A stretch of DNA of 64,000 bases from Planktothrix sp. GU0601_MAG3 (GCA_035193785.1 CP136572.1:3892578-3956577), one strand, 5' to 3'. Positions 32,204 through 43,654 are shown, counted from the stretch's first letter. Notes: generated by a model from the letters alone, not told the origin. Numbers and translations: made by a program.

Positions 32204-32878
32204 ATGTTACAGGAGCGTTCTGTTCCCAAATCCCCCCGGCCTGTGCTGGAAAATATTTATGCCTTCCCACCCAACCGGGAAACCCTGGGCGGAACAGCCT
32301 ATTTCATTGTAGAGAACCAGACAAACATCTTAATTGATGCTCCCCCCTGGAATCCGACGAATCAGCAGTTTATCGAGCAGCTAGGGGGCGTTCAGTGGTT
32401 ATTCATTACCCATCGGGCGGCGATTGGTTCATCCCGAGAAATTCAAAAAACCCTGGGATGCAATATTCTGATCCAAGAACAGGAAGCCTATTTACTACCC
32501 GAGTCCGACGTAACCACTTTTGAGACTGAGTTAAAACTGAGTTCCCAGAGTTCAGTTTTTTGGACACCAGGACATTCCCCGGGTTCATCCTGCCTCTATT
32601 TTAGTGGGCATGGGGGGGTATTGTTCACCGGACGTCATCTGTTACCGAATCTCCAGGGCCAACCGGTTCCCCTGCGTACCGCCAAAACCTTCCATTGGCC
32701 CCGACAATTAAACGGTGTTCGGTTAATCTTGGAGCGCTTCAATTCCGATACCCTGAAATATATTTGCCCGGGGGGGAATACCGGGGCACTACGGGGAGAA
32801 CGTTTGATTAACCATGCCTACGACAAATTGGCCACCCTGGATTTAGATGCCTGTCGGTTGACAGAAGCGATTTTTTAG
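32204..32878 (+). CDS. MBL-fold metallo-hydrolase-like protein
   Basis: LFITHR, TPGHSPGS and LFTG motifs; degenerate metal motif. Confidence 0.8.
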   Translation: MLQERSVPKSPRPVLENIYAFPPNRETLGGTAYFIVENQTNILIDAPPWNPTNQQFIEQLGGVQWLFITHRAAIGSSREIQKTLGCNILIQEQEAYLLPESDVTTFETELKLSSQSSVFWTPGHSPGSSCLYFSGHGGVLFTGRHLLPNLQGQPVPLRTAKTFHWPRQLNGVRLILERFNSDTLKYICPGGNTGALRGERLINHAYDKLATLDLDACRLTEAIF

Positions 32879-33039
32879 CCCGGGGCAAGTGTAAGAAATG
32901 CTGACTCCCCTGACTCGCAGTAAAAATTAACAAAAACTATACTCCCCCAAATGAAAACCGTATCCCCCCCTCTGATAGACTAAAACACTGGGAGTGTCTA
33001 ATAATTCGGCAGTCTCAGTTCTTGGGAGGAAATAATTCT

Positions 33040-34078
33040 GTGGATAATGTTATTGGGTTAGAGATTATTGAAGTCGTCGAGCAAGCTGCGATCGCATCGG
33101 CTCGTTTGATGGGGAAAGGCGACAAAAATGAAGCCGACCATGTGGCCGTGGAAGCCATGCGTAAACGCATGAACCAAATTCACATGAGAGGACGGATCGT
33201 GATTGGGGAAGGGGAAAGAGACGAAGCCCCCATGCTTTATATTGGTGAGGAAGTTGGGATCTGTACCCAGGAAGATGCAGCGAAATTCTGTAACCCCGAC
33301 GAACTGCTGGAAATTGATATTGCGGTTGACCCCTGCGAAGGTACTAACCTAGTCGCCTATGGTCAAAATGGCTCCATGGCCGTGTTAGCGATTTCTGAAA
33401 AAGGCGGTCTGTTTGCGGCTCCTGATTTCTACATGAAGAAATTAGCAGCCCCGGCGGTGGCAAAGAATCACGTTGATATTAACAAATCCGCCACCGAAAA
33501 CCTGAAAATTCTCTCCGACTGCATGAAACCGCTCCATTGAGGACTTAGTGGTGGTGGTGATGGATCGTCCCCGCCACAAAGACCTGATCAATGAAATTCG
33601 CACGGCCGGCGCCCGGGTGCGTTTGATCAGTGATGGAGATGTTTCTGCTGCAATTTCCTGTGCCTTTTCGGGAACCAATATTCACGCACTCATGGGCATT
33701 GGAGCCGCACCAGAAGGCGTGATTTCAGCCGCAGCCATGCGAGCTTTAGGTGGTCACTTCCAAGGTCAGTTAATCTATGATCCAGAAGTGGTGAAAACGG
33801 GATTGATTGGGGAAAGCAGAGAAGGTAATCTGAATCGCCTCAAAGAAATGGGAATCAATGATGCTGATAAGGTCTATGATGCCCATGAATTAGCCTCCGG
33901 TGAAACGGTGTTATTTGCGGCTTGTGGAATTACACCAGGTACTTTGATGCAAGGTGTGCGCTTCTTTAGTGGCGGTGCTCGGACGCAAAGTTTAGTTATT
34001 TCTTCTCTGTCTAAAACTGCTCGTTTTGTCGATACTGTTCATATGTTTGGCGCACCCAAAAATATTCAGTTGCACTAA
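33040..34078 (+). CDS. glpX: Fructose-1,6-/sedoheptulose-1,7-bisphosphatase, class II (apparent frameshift at 33525)
   Basis: [25 protein letters not shown] and GAAPEGV motifs. Confidence 0.95.
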
Positions 34079-34088
34079 AATTTAAGCG

Positions 34089-34184
34089 ATCAGTAATCAG
34101 TAATCAGTTTTAGATTTTGGGTTTTTTTGCCAACACTTGAAAACTATTAGCAATTTACTGGTTACTGATTACCAATTACTGATT
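34089..34184. repeat. Inverted heptamer arrays (TCAGTAA / TTACTGA)
   Basis: Complementary arrays between glpX and hemA. Confidence 0.7.
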
Positions 34185-34213
34185 TTTGAAACCATATTTA
34201 TAACAACTGTTCT

Positions 34214-35513
34214 ATGAATATTGCTGTTGTAGGTCTGAGTCACAAGACCGCACCCGTTGAAGTTCGGGAAAAATTGAGTATTCCCGAACCTCAATTAGAG
34301 GCTGCGATCGCTCATTTATTAAGTTATCCCCATCTGGAAGAAGTTGCGATTCTTAGCACCTGTAACCGCTTAGAAATTTATTTAGTAGCAACAGAAACTC
34401 AACCCGGAATTCGGGAAGTTACTCAATTTTTATCAGAAAAAAGTAAATTACCTTTACAACAATTACGGCCCCATTTATTTACCCTGATCCATGATGATGC
34501 CATCATGCACTTAATGCGAGTCGCCGCCGGGTTAGATAGTTTAGTTCTAGGGGAAGGACAAATTTTATCCCAAGTTAAACAAACCCATAAATTAAGTCAA
34601 CAACATAAAGGGATTAGTCGTATTCTTAACCGTTTATTTACCCAAGCATTAACAGCCGGGAAACGGGTAAGAACCGAGACCAGCATTGGCACGGGAGCGG
34701 TTTCTATTAGTTCGGCTGCGGTGGAATTAGTTCAGATGAAAGTCCAGAACTTAAGTAATTATCGAGTTGCCATTTTAGGCGCTGGCAAAATGTCTCGATT
34801 ATTGGTTCAGCATTTAATCTCTAAAGGTGCGAACCAAATTTCTATTTTAAATCGGACATTAGGGCGAGCTAAGGAATTAGCAAATCAATTTCCCGATGCT
34901 GATTTACGGATTTATACTATGTCGGAAATGATGTCCGTAATGGCAAATTCTGATATTGTATTTACCAGTACCTCCGCTACGGAACCCATTATAGACCGAG
35001 CTAAATTAGAAACGATTTTAACCCCATCTCAATCCCTAATGTTAGTGGATATTTCTGTTCCCCGAAATATCGCCACGGATGTCACGGAATTAGCCAATGT
35101 TCAAGCCTATAATGTGGATGATTTAAAAGCAGTTGTAGCTCAAAACCACGAAAGTCGTCGTAAAATGGCCCAGGAAGCCGAAGTTTTGCTAGAAGAAGAA
35201 GTCCAAGCTTTTGAAGTCTGGTGGCGCAGCTTAGAAACCGTTCCTGTAATTAACTGTTTACGCGATAAAATTGAAACTATCCGAGAACAGGAATTAGAAA
35301 AAGCCCTATCCCGTCTGGGTTCAGAATTCGCCGACAAACACCAAGAAGTGATTGAAGCCCTAACCCGGGGAATTGTCAATAAAATTCTCCACGACCCCAT
35401 GGTACAACTGCGTGCCCAACAGGACATAGAAGCTCGACGTCGCGCCATGCAAACCCTACAAACCCTATTCAATTTGGAAACCGGAAAAAAATTCCAGTCA
35501 GCAATACAGTTAG
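34214..35513 (+). CDS. hemA: Glutamyl-tRNA reductase (apparent frameshift at 35477, near the 3' end)
   Basis: [25 protein letters not shown] and GAGKM motifs. Confidence 0.96.
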
Positions 35514-35549
35514 GTTTGTTCTGTTTTTCCTAAATTCTTTCTACAGATA

Positions 35550-35590
35550 ACGCGGTCATCAAGAGCTATAGCTGATGGCCGCGTCTTTTT
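35550..35590 (+). terminator. Intrinsic terminator after hemA
   Basis: ACGCGGTCATCA...TGATGGCCGCGT stem followed by CTTTTT. Confidence 0.75.
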
Positions 35591-35599
35591 GTTGTTGCG

Positions 35600-35620
35600 C
35601 CGTTGTTGCGCTTCAGCGCA
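35600..35620 (+). repeat. REP-like mini-hairpin (copy 3)
   Basis: Identical to 2591-2611; preceded by a partial duplicate GTTGTTGCG. Confidence 0.8.
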
Positions 35621-36039
35621 ATCTTGAAGTCTAAAGCCCAACAACCATTATAACAAGGGACTTACAGACCCATTTAACCTTAAAAGTGGGTGATTGCAAA
35701 AGACCTCTTGCAATCCCTTGGCAACGTTGCAATAATAATAAACAGAAAGGCACATTACGAGGGTTTCAAGGAGCTGGAGGTAACGTGTTTATGGGAGCAC
35801 AATATCTCCAGCGTTCTTGCTTTCTTTCAGTGAAACCCCAAAAAATCAACCGAGCGCAAGTTTCCCCACTCTTAAAGTTCTAAAGATTAAATAGACCCGA
35901 GTGTGAATTGATCAAAAACACACCCAACTGTAAATATTATACACAACAATCTTTGAACAGGCTACATACTTCCGCAAAAAATACGAAAACGGTTACATTT
36001 AATACCCGGACGGGGGACTTGCATTACAAGTCCTGTATT

Positions 36040-36844
36040 TTAGTGTTGGATTGCCGATTTGAGGGATTGACAAAACTGACCGATATCCACCAACGCTTGT
36101 TCCGGTGTTCCTTCCGCCAATCGTTTCACAAAGGCACTCCCCACAATCACCGCATCTGCACCCCAGTCTCGCATTTGGGTAGCTTGTTTCCGGTTGAGAA
36201 ATCCCAAACCCAACCCCAATGGGTTTATCCGTTAGACTCCGCATTTCCTTGAGGATATCTTCAACCCGGGTTTGGACTTGGGTACGCATCCCCGTGACCC
36301 CAGTAACACTCACCAAATAAATGAACCCCTGGGACTGACGGGCGATTAACTCAATCCGTTCTTTAGGACTGGTTGGCGCCACCAGTAACGTCACTTCTAT
36401 GCCAATTTGACGGGCGGGTTCCAATAAAGTTTCCGCTTCTTCTAAGGGTAAATCTGGGACAACTAAACCCCTAGCCCCGGCTTGATAAATCTGTTCTAAA
36501 AAGGGTTTAATCCCTCGATGTAAAATGGGATTATAGTAAGTAAATAAAATAATTGGGGCTTTCAAAGTTGGGCTAACCGTTGCCACCATTTCTAATACTT
36601 GATCTAAACGGGTTCCCTTTTGTAAAGCGCGAGTTGCCGCGGCTTGAATTACTGGGCCATCGGCTAAGGGGTCGGAATAAGGAACCCCTAACTCAATCAA
36701 ATCCGCCCCATTTTGATCCAAAATTTGTAAGGCTTTCGCCGTTGTTTCTAAGTTCGGATCACCGGCGGTAATAAAAGGGATTAAAGCACAGTTTTTTTTG
36801 TCCGAAGTTCTTAAAGATTCAAAGCATTCAGCAACAGAAATCAT
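36040..36844 (-). CDS. trpA: Tryptophan synthase alpha subunit (apparent frameshift at 36186)
   Basis: [21 protein letters not shown] and VGFGIS motifs. Confidence 0.95.
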
Positions 36845-36906
36845 TAAAATTAAACTCAAATAGACTAACTAATTATCCAATAATTAAGCAGAAAAAAGTA
36901 AGATTT

Positions 36907-37212
36907 TTAATTATTTTTTTCTGCTTCAACTTCCGCTTGCAATTGAGCAATTTCTTCTGGAGTCATTTCTTCGAGTCGTTTTTGGAAAACGGCATCTTCG
37001 TAGTTTTTTAGTTGTTGGTTATAGGTCATATTTCGACTTCCCACCCGGAATAAATAAGTGAGTAACCAAATAAATAAACCACCTACTAAAAAAGTTTGAC
37101 TCCAGATGCCAGCATCAACGCTATTCAGACCCGCCCATTGTAAAATTAGGTAGATTGCTCCACCTGTCAAAAAAACGAGCATTCCAATAGCAATAACATC
37201 AATTCGTCGCAT
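36907..37212 (-). CDS. DUF3007 family protein
   Basis: MRRIDVI start, MTYNQQ...YE motif; usual position between ndhL and trpA. Confidence 0.85.
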   Translation of the reverse strand: MRRIDVIAIGMLVFLTGGAIYLILQWAGLNSVDAGIWSQTFLVGGLFIWLLTYLFRVGSRNMTYNQQLKNYEDAVFQKRLEEMTPEEIAQLQAEVEAEKNN

Positions 37213-37430
37213 TAGCTGGCAATTTTTCTAGGTTGAGGACGGAAATTCAAGAAGGGAGCTAGAAGAATTAATCCGGGGAAAAAGAAGAAGACTAAAAAGT
37301 ACATAAATGCCCGTTCAAAAGAACTGACTACATACCAACGAGCATTCATATAGGCATATAAAGCAGCCGGAAGGACTAACAAATAAGCACCCGCTAAAGC
37401 GGCGTAGAGTAATAGGGTAATCAGTAGCAT
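37212..37430 (-). CDS. ndhL: NAD(P)H-quinone oxidoreductase subunit L
   Basis: [23 protein letters not shown]...PFLNFRP. Confidence 0.93.
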   Translation of the reverse strand: MLLITLLLYAALAGAYLLVLPAALYAYMNARWYVVSSFERAFMYFLVFFFFPGLILLAPFLNFRPQPRKIAS

Positions 37431-37635
37431 AATTGCAGGTTTAAAAATAAACAGCCACTTAACATCAGACAATTTTAAACTATAGCACCCAGTGGGGGAA
37501 TTGGGACAGGGCTATTTGATTTTCTCCCAAAACGGGTATGATCTCTCCCCCGACCCGCCTCCAATATGACTATATTTGAGTTCAGGGGGTAATCTATTTA
37601 ATTATAGTAAATTTGATTATCCTCAATCCTCCGGT

Positions 37636-37663
37636 GTAGGGGCGAGGCACGTCTCACCCCTAC
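37636..37663. repeat. GTAG-type REP palindrome upstream of the RAYT gene
   Basis: GTAGGGGCGAGGCACGTCTCACCCCTAC. Confidence 0.85.
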
Positions 37664-37726
37664 GGGTGCGAATACTTTCAACTTAAACCTCGAATGTAGA
37701 TTATCTATTTTTATCATCAAAAAAAT

Positions 37727-38365
37727 ATGCCCGATAATCCACAAATTCATCATCGGCGTTCTATTCGTTTAAAAGGATACGATTATACTCAACCTGGGGG
37801 ATATTTTGTTACGATTTGCACGAAGGAAAAACAATGTTTATTTGGAGATATTGTTCAAAGGGAAATGCGATTTAATTCTTTAGGAGCGATCGCTTTTAAC
37901 ACCTGGCAACAAATTGCTGAAAAATTCCCTCATGTTGAATTAGACTATTTTATCATCATGCCGAATCATATTCATGGGATTTTAATCTTTAATGAAATTA
38001 TTGCCGATCCTCAATCCCCCGTAGGGGCGAGGCACGCCTCGCCCCTACACCGGACATCATTATCAGAACAAGAAATGTCTTCAGAATCAACACAACGACC
38101 TCATGGTGCTGCTCCAAAATCCTTGGGTGCTGTTGTGGGTTGGTATAAATCTTCTGTGTCTAAATCTATTAATAGAATTTGTAATAATTCCGGTCAAGGA
38201 TTAATTTGGCAACGAGATTATTATGAAGAAATTATCAGAGATGAAACCGCTTTAAATGCAATTAGAAAATACATTATTGAAAATCCCTTACGTTGGGAAG
38301 ATGATCCAGAACATCCGCCTTTAAATAAAATTAAAAGTGAATTACTGATTGATCTTCCCTTTTAA
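37727..38365 (+). mobile_element. REP-associated tyrosine transposase (RAYT, Y1/HUH, IS200-like fold)
   Basis: RRSIRLKGYDY, YFVTICT, MPNHIHG (HUH), WQRDYYE and YIIENP motifs; flanked by REPs. Confidence 0.9.
38021..38048. repeat. GTAG-type REP palindrome inside the RAYT coding sequence
   Basis: GTAGGGGCGAGGCACGCCTCGCCCCTAC, in frame as VGARHASPL. Confidence 0.9.
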
Positions 38366-38437
38366 ATTTTGATCATCCCGAATTATATTGATGGGGTTTT
38401 AATCTTTGATGAAACCATTGCTGATCCTCAATTCCCC

Positions 38438-38465
38438 GTAGGGGCGAGGCGCGCCTCGCCCCTAC
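38438..38465. repeat. Perfect 28-bp GTAG-type REP palindrome downstream of the RAYT gene
   Basis: GTAGGGGCGAGGCGCGCCTCGCCCCTAC. Confidence 0.9.
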
Positions 38466-38494
38466 ACCGGACTTTGCTGCCTATTTTTTAATAA

Positions 38495-38970
38495 CTAGCT
38501 TGCACCCATAATTTTACCTGTAACTAGAATATCTTTATCAAAAGTTGCTGCTCCAGTATCCATGTTGATAATAATTTGTTTTTTATCTGTATAACCAAAA
38601 AGATTACCGTTTTCAAAATTTAACCCCCAGACATTGGAAAACCCAATATTTCCAATTTTTTTAGCAGTGCCATCTAAGCCTAAAGAATATAAAATATCTC
38701 CTGAGTTATCAGTAGATTTTGATGAGGCAAAAAAATGATTTCTACTAGGAATAAAAGCTAAATCTCCACTACTTATAAAATTAGTATTATCCTCCGAAGA
38801 AATACTTGATGCACGTCCAGTTTCAAGATTGATTTTATAAAGATCAGAATTGCTAGAATTACTTGATCCATATAACTCACCATTAGAAGAAAACTCAAGA
38901 GAATTCATCCCATTATCTGTAACAAAATCTCCAATTTTTGATAAGTCACCCGTTACAGAATCGATTGATA
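38495..38970 (-). pseudogene. Probable 5'-truncated beta-propeller-type protein fragment (AT-rich)
   Basis: Blade-like repeats (LEFSSNGELYG, LYKINLETG, SSGDLAF, LNFENGNLFG); the frame stays open upstream of ATG 38908 with another blade (SIDSVTGDLSKIG) and then stops near the repeat at 39023. Confidence 0.5.
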
Positions 38971-39022
38971 CAGAACTATATTCTATCTTGTGGTGATTAA
39001 AATATTAAAATTATCCCAAAAT

Positions 39023-39168
39023 GTAGGGGCGGGTTCGGGTCAATCTTTGACATCCCACCAATAATCTCTCTAAACCCGCTTTCTTTCCCCAAATATGTTA
39101 ATATAAAAAGGGCGGGTTCATTTAGATTTAGGGTGGGATTTGTTGGCTCTATTAGAACCCGCCACTAC
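39023..39168 (+). repeat. About 146-bp REPIN/MITE-like element, copy 1
   Basis: Ends GTAGGGGCGGGTT...AACCCGCCACTAC; direct repeat of 39688-39834. Confidence 0.85.
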
Positions 39169-39222
39169 GGTCTAGGGGTATAATTAGAAAAAATATTAAA
39201 ACCTTGATAGGGGTTAATAAAA

Positions 39223-39454
39223 ATGATGAATAATTTTCAAAGATTTACAGTCATTATTGAACGAGAGGACGATGGATATGTCTCTGTTTGTCCTGAATTA
39301 GATATTGCTAGTCAAGGAAATAATGTTGAGGAAGCGAGACTAAATTTAATCGAAGCTATTGAATTATTTTTTGAAACGGCTGAAACCTTCCGAAATTAAA
39401 AATCGATTACAAACCGAAATTTTTATTACTCAAGTGGAGGTGAAGGTTGGGTAA
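39223..39454 (+). CDS. hicB: HicB family antitoxin (apparent frameshift at 39382; absent from the ORF track)
   Basis: Manual translation FTVIIEREDDGYVSVCPELDIASQGNNVEEARLNLIEAIELF. Confidence 0.85.
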
Positions 39455-39671
39455 ACTTCGAGTTTTATCAGCAACAGAAGTTTGTAAAATTTTAGAACAA
39501 CATGGTTTTGTTCAAATTCGACAGCGTGGTAGTCATATTATTATGCAGAAAAAATTACATGATACCAGTATAACGGTTCCAGTTCCTAACTATCCAGAGC
39601 TAAAAATTGGAACTTTACAATCTATTATTCGCCAGTCAGGGATACCTCGATCTTGGTTTGAAACCCATTAA
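39447..39671 (+). CDS. hicA: HicA family toxin
   Basis: LEQHGF...RQRGSH...VPVP...ELKIGTLQSIIRQSG. Confidence 0.9.
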   Translation: MGKLRVLSATEVCKILEQHGFVQIRQRGSHIIMQKKLHDTSITVPVPNYPELKIGTLQSIIRQSGIPRSWFETH

Positions 39672-39687
39672 TATTCAAACAATTCCC

Positions 39688-39834
39688 GTAGGGGCGGGTT
39701 CGGGTCAATCTTTGACATCCCACCAATAATCTCTCTAAACTCGCCCATCCTTTCCAGAATTTGTTAATAGAAAGAGGGCGGGTTTATTAAGATTTAGGGT
39801 GGGATTTGTTAGATTTATTATAACCCGCCCCTAC
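39688..39834 (+). repeat. About 147-bp REPIN/MITE-like element, copy 2
   Basis: Ends GTAGGGGCGGGTT...AACCCGCCCCTAC; first ~50 bp identical to copy 1. Confidence 0.85.
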
Positions 39835-39882
39835 GGTCTATAAATTGACAGTAATAGGGGCCGGATTACTAATAATCAAAAC

Positions 39883-40945
39883 CTAAGTTAAGGCGAAGAC
39901 AGAGACTTTTCCGGCGATGCGTTGGGCGATCGCAGTTAATTCTAAAGCCGCGGCGGAGTTAGGATTAGAGACGACAATGGGAACCCCCGTATCTCCCCCT
40001 TCTCCGACGGGCATTTCCAAAGGAATAGACCCCAGTAAAGGAACACCTAACTCCTTGGCGGTTTTTGCCCCTCCCCCGGAACCAAAAATATCGTATTTTT
40101 TCTCCGGGGCATCGGGAGGGATAAAATAACTCATATTTTCCACAATTCCCAACACCGAAACCCCCAACTGTTGGAACATTTTTAACCCCTTGCGGGAGTC
40201 TAGCAGGGAGACTAATTGGGGCGTGGTCACAATCACGACCCCGGACATAGGAACGGCTTGGGCCAGGGTGAGTTGAGCATCTCCGGTGCCCGGGGGCATA
40301 TCCACCAGTAGATAGTCTAATTCACCCCAATTGACCTGATAGAGAAATTGACGAATAATCCCATTTAACATTGGGCCACGCCAAATCACAGGTTGATCCT
40401 TATCGATCAAAAACGCCATCGAAACCAACTTCACCCCATGATTAAAGGCCGGTTTCTAGGAATTCTCCCTGGGGACTTTGCTGCACCATCACTTGAGCAT
40501 CGGCCAACCCTAACATCGTCGGATCATTCGGGCCATAAATATCGGCATCAATTAACCCGACTTTCGCACCCATTTGGGCTAAGGCCACGGCCACATTCAC
40601 CGCCACGGTACTTTTGCCGACGCCCCCTTTGCCACTAGAAATTGCCAGAATATTTTTCACCCCAGCAATGCCCTGACGGTCAGGTAAGGCCTTTTGTTGA
40701 GGGGTTTCGGCCGTAACATCAATAACAACATTTTCCACCCCCGGAAGCTGTTTAACCGCTTTCTGGCAATCCTCGACAATAAATTCCCGCAGGGGACAGG
40801 CGGGGGTAGTGAGGACTAGGGTAAAACTAATCTCCCCTCCTTGGATCTGAATATTACGAATCATGTTTAACTCCACCAAACTCTTTTGGAGTTCGGGGTC
40901 TTGTACAGGTCGTAATACCTCTAATACTGTATTGATATCAAGCAT
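39883..40945 (-). CDS. mrp: Mrp/NBP35 (ApbC) Fe-S carrier ATPase (apparent frameshift at 40452)
   Basis: N-terminal VQDPEL...TTPACP domain; [15 protein letters not shown] and DMPPGTGD motifs. Confidence 0.92.
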
Positions 40946-41249
40946 ATTGGATAAGATTGTTCCCGGTTTGAGCAGTGGACGGATGGCTATCTTAGCGAAT
41001 AGATCATTTATCCCTCCCCCTTATTATTAAAGAATTGGGTAATTCAAAAGTTCTTAATATTTTGGGGAGAAGTCTTAAAAAGGCTTAAGGTAACTTAAAA
41101 TTAATGTAAACAAGATTTACATTATTAGGGTTTTATTGCAGAAGTTCCCGTTAGTCACTTGACTCAAGGGACACAATGCAGAGATGATCATAACGCTTGG
41201 TGAGATTACAACCCATTGTTGGTAATCGTGAAATAGGTTAAAAAAAATT

Positions 41250-42299
41250 ATGACAGCTTCTCAGGTATCGGAAACTACTACGCCCCACTTGATCCCTGCG
41301 ACTGACTCTCAAGCCCGTGTCAGTCAGTTCATGAAACAACTCCAGGACGAAATTTGTCAAGGTTTAGAACAGCTTGATAGCCAGGGCAAGTTTAAAGAAG
41401 ACGCTTGGGAACGTCCAGAAGGGGGTGGAGGCCGAACTCGTGTACTCCGCGAGGGCGATGTCTTTGAACAAGGCGGGGTGAACTTCTCCGAGGTTTGGGG
41501 CGAAACATTGCCTCCTTCAATTTTGGCTCAACGTCCAGAAGCCGCCGGATATGGATTTTATGCCACGGGAACCTCCATGGTCTTGCATCCTCGCAATCCC
41601 TATATTCCCACGGTACATCTCAATTATCGCTATTTTGAAGCCGGGCCGGTGTGGTGGTTTGGAGGCGGTATTGATTTAACCCCCTATTATCCCTTTGCTG
41701 AAGATGCTCGGCATTTCCATCAAACCTTAAAAGAAACTTGCGATCGCCACGATCCACAGTATTATCCTGTATTTAAACGCTGGTGCGATGAATATTTCTA
41801 TCTGAAACATCGGCAAGAAACCCGGGGGGTGGGCGGTATTTTTTTTGACTATCAAGATGGACAAAGCCAACTCTACAAAGGCCCCGATCCGAAAGGAGCC
41901 GCCGCCCTGTATAGTGATAAGGTGGGAGTCCCTGATCCGAAGGATTGGGACTCTTTGTTCAGTTTTGCAAAAGACTGTGGAGGGGCTTTTCTTCCCGCTT
42001 ATTGCCCGATTGTAGAACGCAGACGTTCTCATGACTATGGAGATCGAGAACGGCAGTTCCAATTATATCGGCGGGGTCGATATGTGGAATTCAACTTAGT
42101 TTATGATCGGGGAACGATTTTTGGCCTACAAACCAATGGTCGCACTGAGTCGATTCTCATGTCTTTACCGCCGCTGGTACGATGGGAATATGGCTATGAG
42201 CCAGAACCAGGGACTCCAGAAGCAGAACTGTATGAGACTTTCTTGAAACCTCAAGATTGGACGAACACAGACTGCTCCCAACCCACAGGTCTAAGTTAA
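41250..42299 (+). CDS. hemF: Oxygen-dependent coproporphyrinogen III oxidase
   Basis: [21 protein letters not shown] and [10 protein letters not shown] motifs. Confidence 0.97.
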   Translation: MTASQVSETTTPHLIPATDSQARVSQFMKQLQDEICQGLEQLDSQGKFKEDAWERPEGGGGRTRVLREGDVFEQGGVNFSEVWGETLPPSILAQRPEAAGYGFYATGTSMVLHPRNPYIPTVHLNYRYFEAGPVWWFGGGIDLTPYYPFAEDARHFHQTLKETCDRHDPQYYPVFKRWCDEYFYLKHRQETRGVGGIFFDYQDGQSQLYKGPDPKGAAALYSDKVGVPDPKDWDSLFSFAKDCGGAFLPAYCPIVERRRSHDYGDRERQFQLYRRGRYVEFNLVYDRGTIFGLQTNGRTESILMSLPPLVRWEYGYEPEPGTPEAELYETFLKPQDWTNTDCSQPTGLS

Positions 42300-42353
42300 A
42301 CTACTATCAGATAAGCAACCAAAGCAATATCAAAAATTCCGAGGGGACGGTCA

Positions 42354-42726
42354 GTGATTCATATCGATCAAAAAGAACATACGACCCAGGATGGCATAAA
42401 GGTCATTGTCTTGGCACCAACAGGACGCCTAGACATCACAACAGCTTGGCAATTTCGCCTCAAGTTGCAGGAATGTATATCTAAATTGAGTCGCCATGTC
42501 GTGGTAAATCTAGGTCAAGTGAACTTTATTGATAGTTTCAGGTCTGACTTCACTGGTTGCCGGAATGCGAGATGCTGACAAAGTGAAGGGCACCTTCCGA
42601 ATTTGTAATGTTCATCCCGAGGCCAAGTTGGTGTTTGAGGTGACCATGATGGATTCCGTATTTGAGATTTTTGAGACGGAAGATGAAGCTCTTGAGGGGG
42701 GGGTAAGAGTCGTAGGTAATATTTAG
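42354..42726 (+). CDS. STAS-domain anti-sigma factor antagonist (apparent frameshift at 42535)
   Basis: GRLD motif; repaired VNFIDSSGL phosphoserine motif. Confidence 0.9.
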
Positions 42727-42865
42727 GGTGCAACCGGGCAAAAACTCTAGTTCTTCTGGGGTCAGATGGTTTAACCGCTCTGGATCTTGTCCGGCCTTTT
42801 TTCCCGACTTTGAAATCCGACCGCCAAAAATTAGAATGATATTCAGTCCCTTTTAAGATTGGCTT

Positions 42866-43564
42866 GTGAACAACATCCGCACGGTTTCAGATACAAAGCG
42901 TACTTTTTACAGTCTACATACTCGTCCCATCAACTCGATCTATCGTCGTGTGGTTGAGGAGTTGATGGTGGAAATGCACTTGCTCTCGGTCAATGTTGAT
43001 TTTAGCTATGACCCCATTTATGCCCTGGGTGTTGTAACGGCTTTTGATCGCTTCATGCAGGGGTATTATCCCCTATCTGATCAAGAATCGATTTATAATG
43101 CTCTGATCAAGGCTGAACAAGATGACCCCCAACGGTATCGGGGTGATGCTGAACGCTTACAGGCATTGGCCCAAAATCTATCGATTAAAGACTTAATTGC
43201 CAGTTTAAAATCTCCTAATTATGGGGGGACAGATCAGGAGTTACAAGAGCATTTTCAAAGGATTATCAATAATTCCAAGTTCAAATACAGTCGTTTATTT
43301 GCCATTGGTTTATTTACCCTTTTAGAACAGGCTGATCCTAAAAGCATTCAGGACAAGGCGACCCGGGAAGAAATCTTAGGTCAACTGGCCGAAGTCCTAC
43401 ATTTACCCCAAGACAAACTGCTTAAGGATTTAGATCTGTATCGGAGCAACTTGGAAAAACTGGCCCAAGCTCGGATCATGATGGAAGAAATGACCCAAGC
43501 CGAACGCAAGAAACGGGAACAGCGAGCCAATCAAGCCGTTGGAACTGTCAAACAAGATACCTGA
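42866..43564 (+). CDS. psb29: Photosystem II biogenesis protein Psb29/Thf1
   Basis: RTVSDTKR, YRRVVEELMVEMHLL, KYSRLFAIG and KDLDLYRSNL motifs. Confidence 0.95.
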   Translation: MNNIRTVSDTKRTFYSLHTRPINSIYRRVVEELMVEMHLLSVNVDFSYDPIYALGVVTAFDRFMQGYYPLSDQESIYNALIKAEQDDPQRYRGDAERLQALAQNLSIKDLIASLKSPNYGGTDQELQEHFQRIINNSKFKYSRLFAIGLFTLLEQADPKSIQDKATREEILGQLAEVLHLPQDKLLKDLDLYRSNLEKLAQARIMMEEMTQAERKKREQRANQAVGTVKQDT

Positions 43565-43654
43565 TATGCTTGAGGTTTTTCAGCCCTTGGAGATTGTGTG
43601 AGACTGATTAGGTCTGAGATTTAAAGCATCTATCAATAAGCGCAAAAACAGGAA

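Noticed and set aside
37948..38472. Diversity-generating retroelement TR/VR pair (gene segment plus downstream copy)
   Set aside because: Mismatches include C/T, C/G and T/C as well as A/G, so they are not adenine-specific, and there is no reverse transcriptase in the window.
37636..39834. CRISPR array made of 28-bp palindromes
   Set aside because: Spacing is hundreds of bp and irregular, one copy is inside a CDS, and there are no cas genes; they fit REPs.
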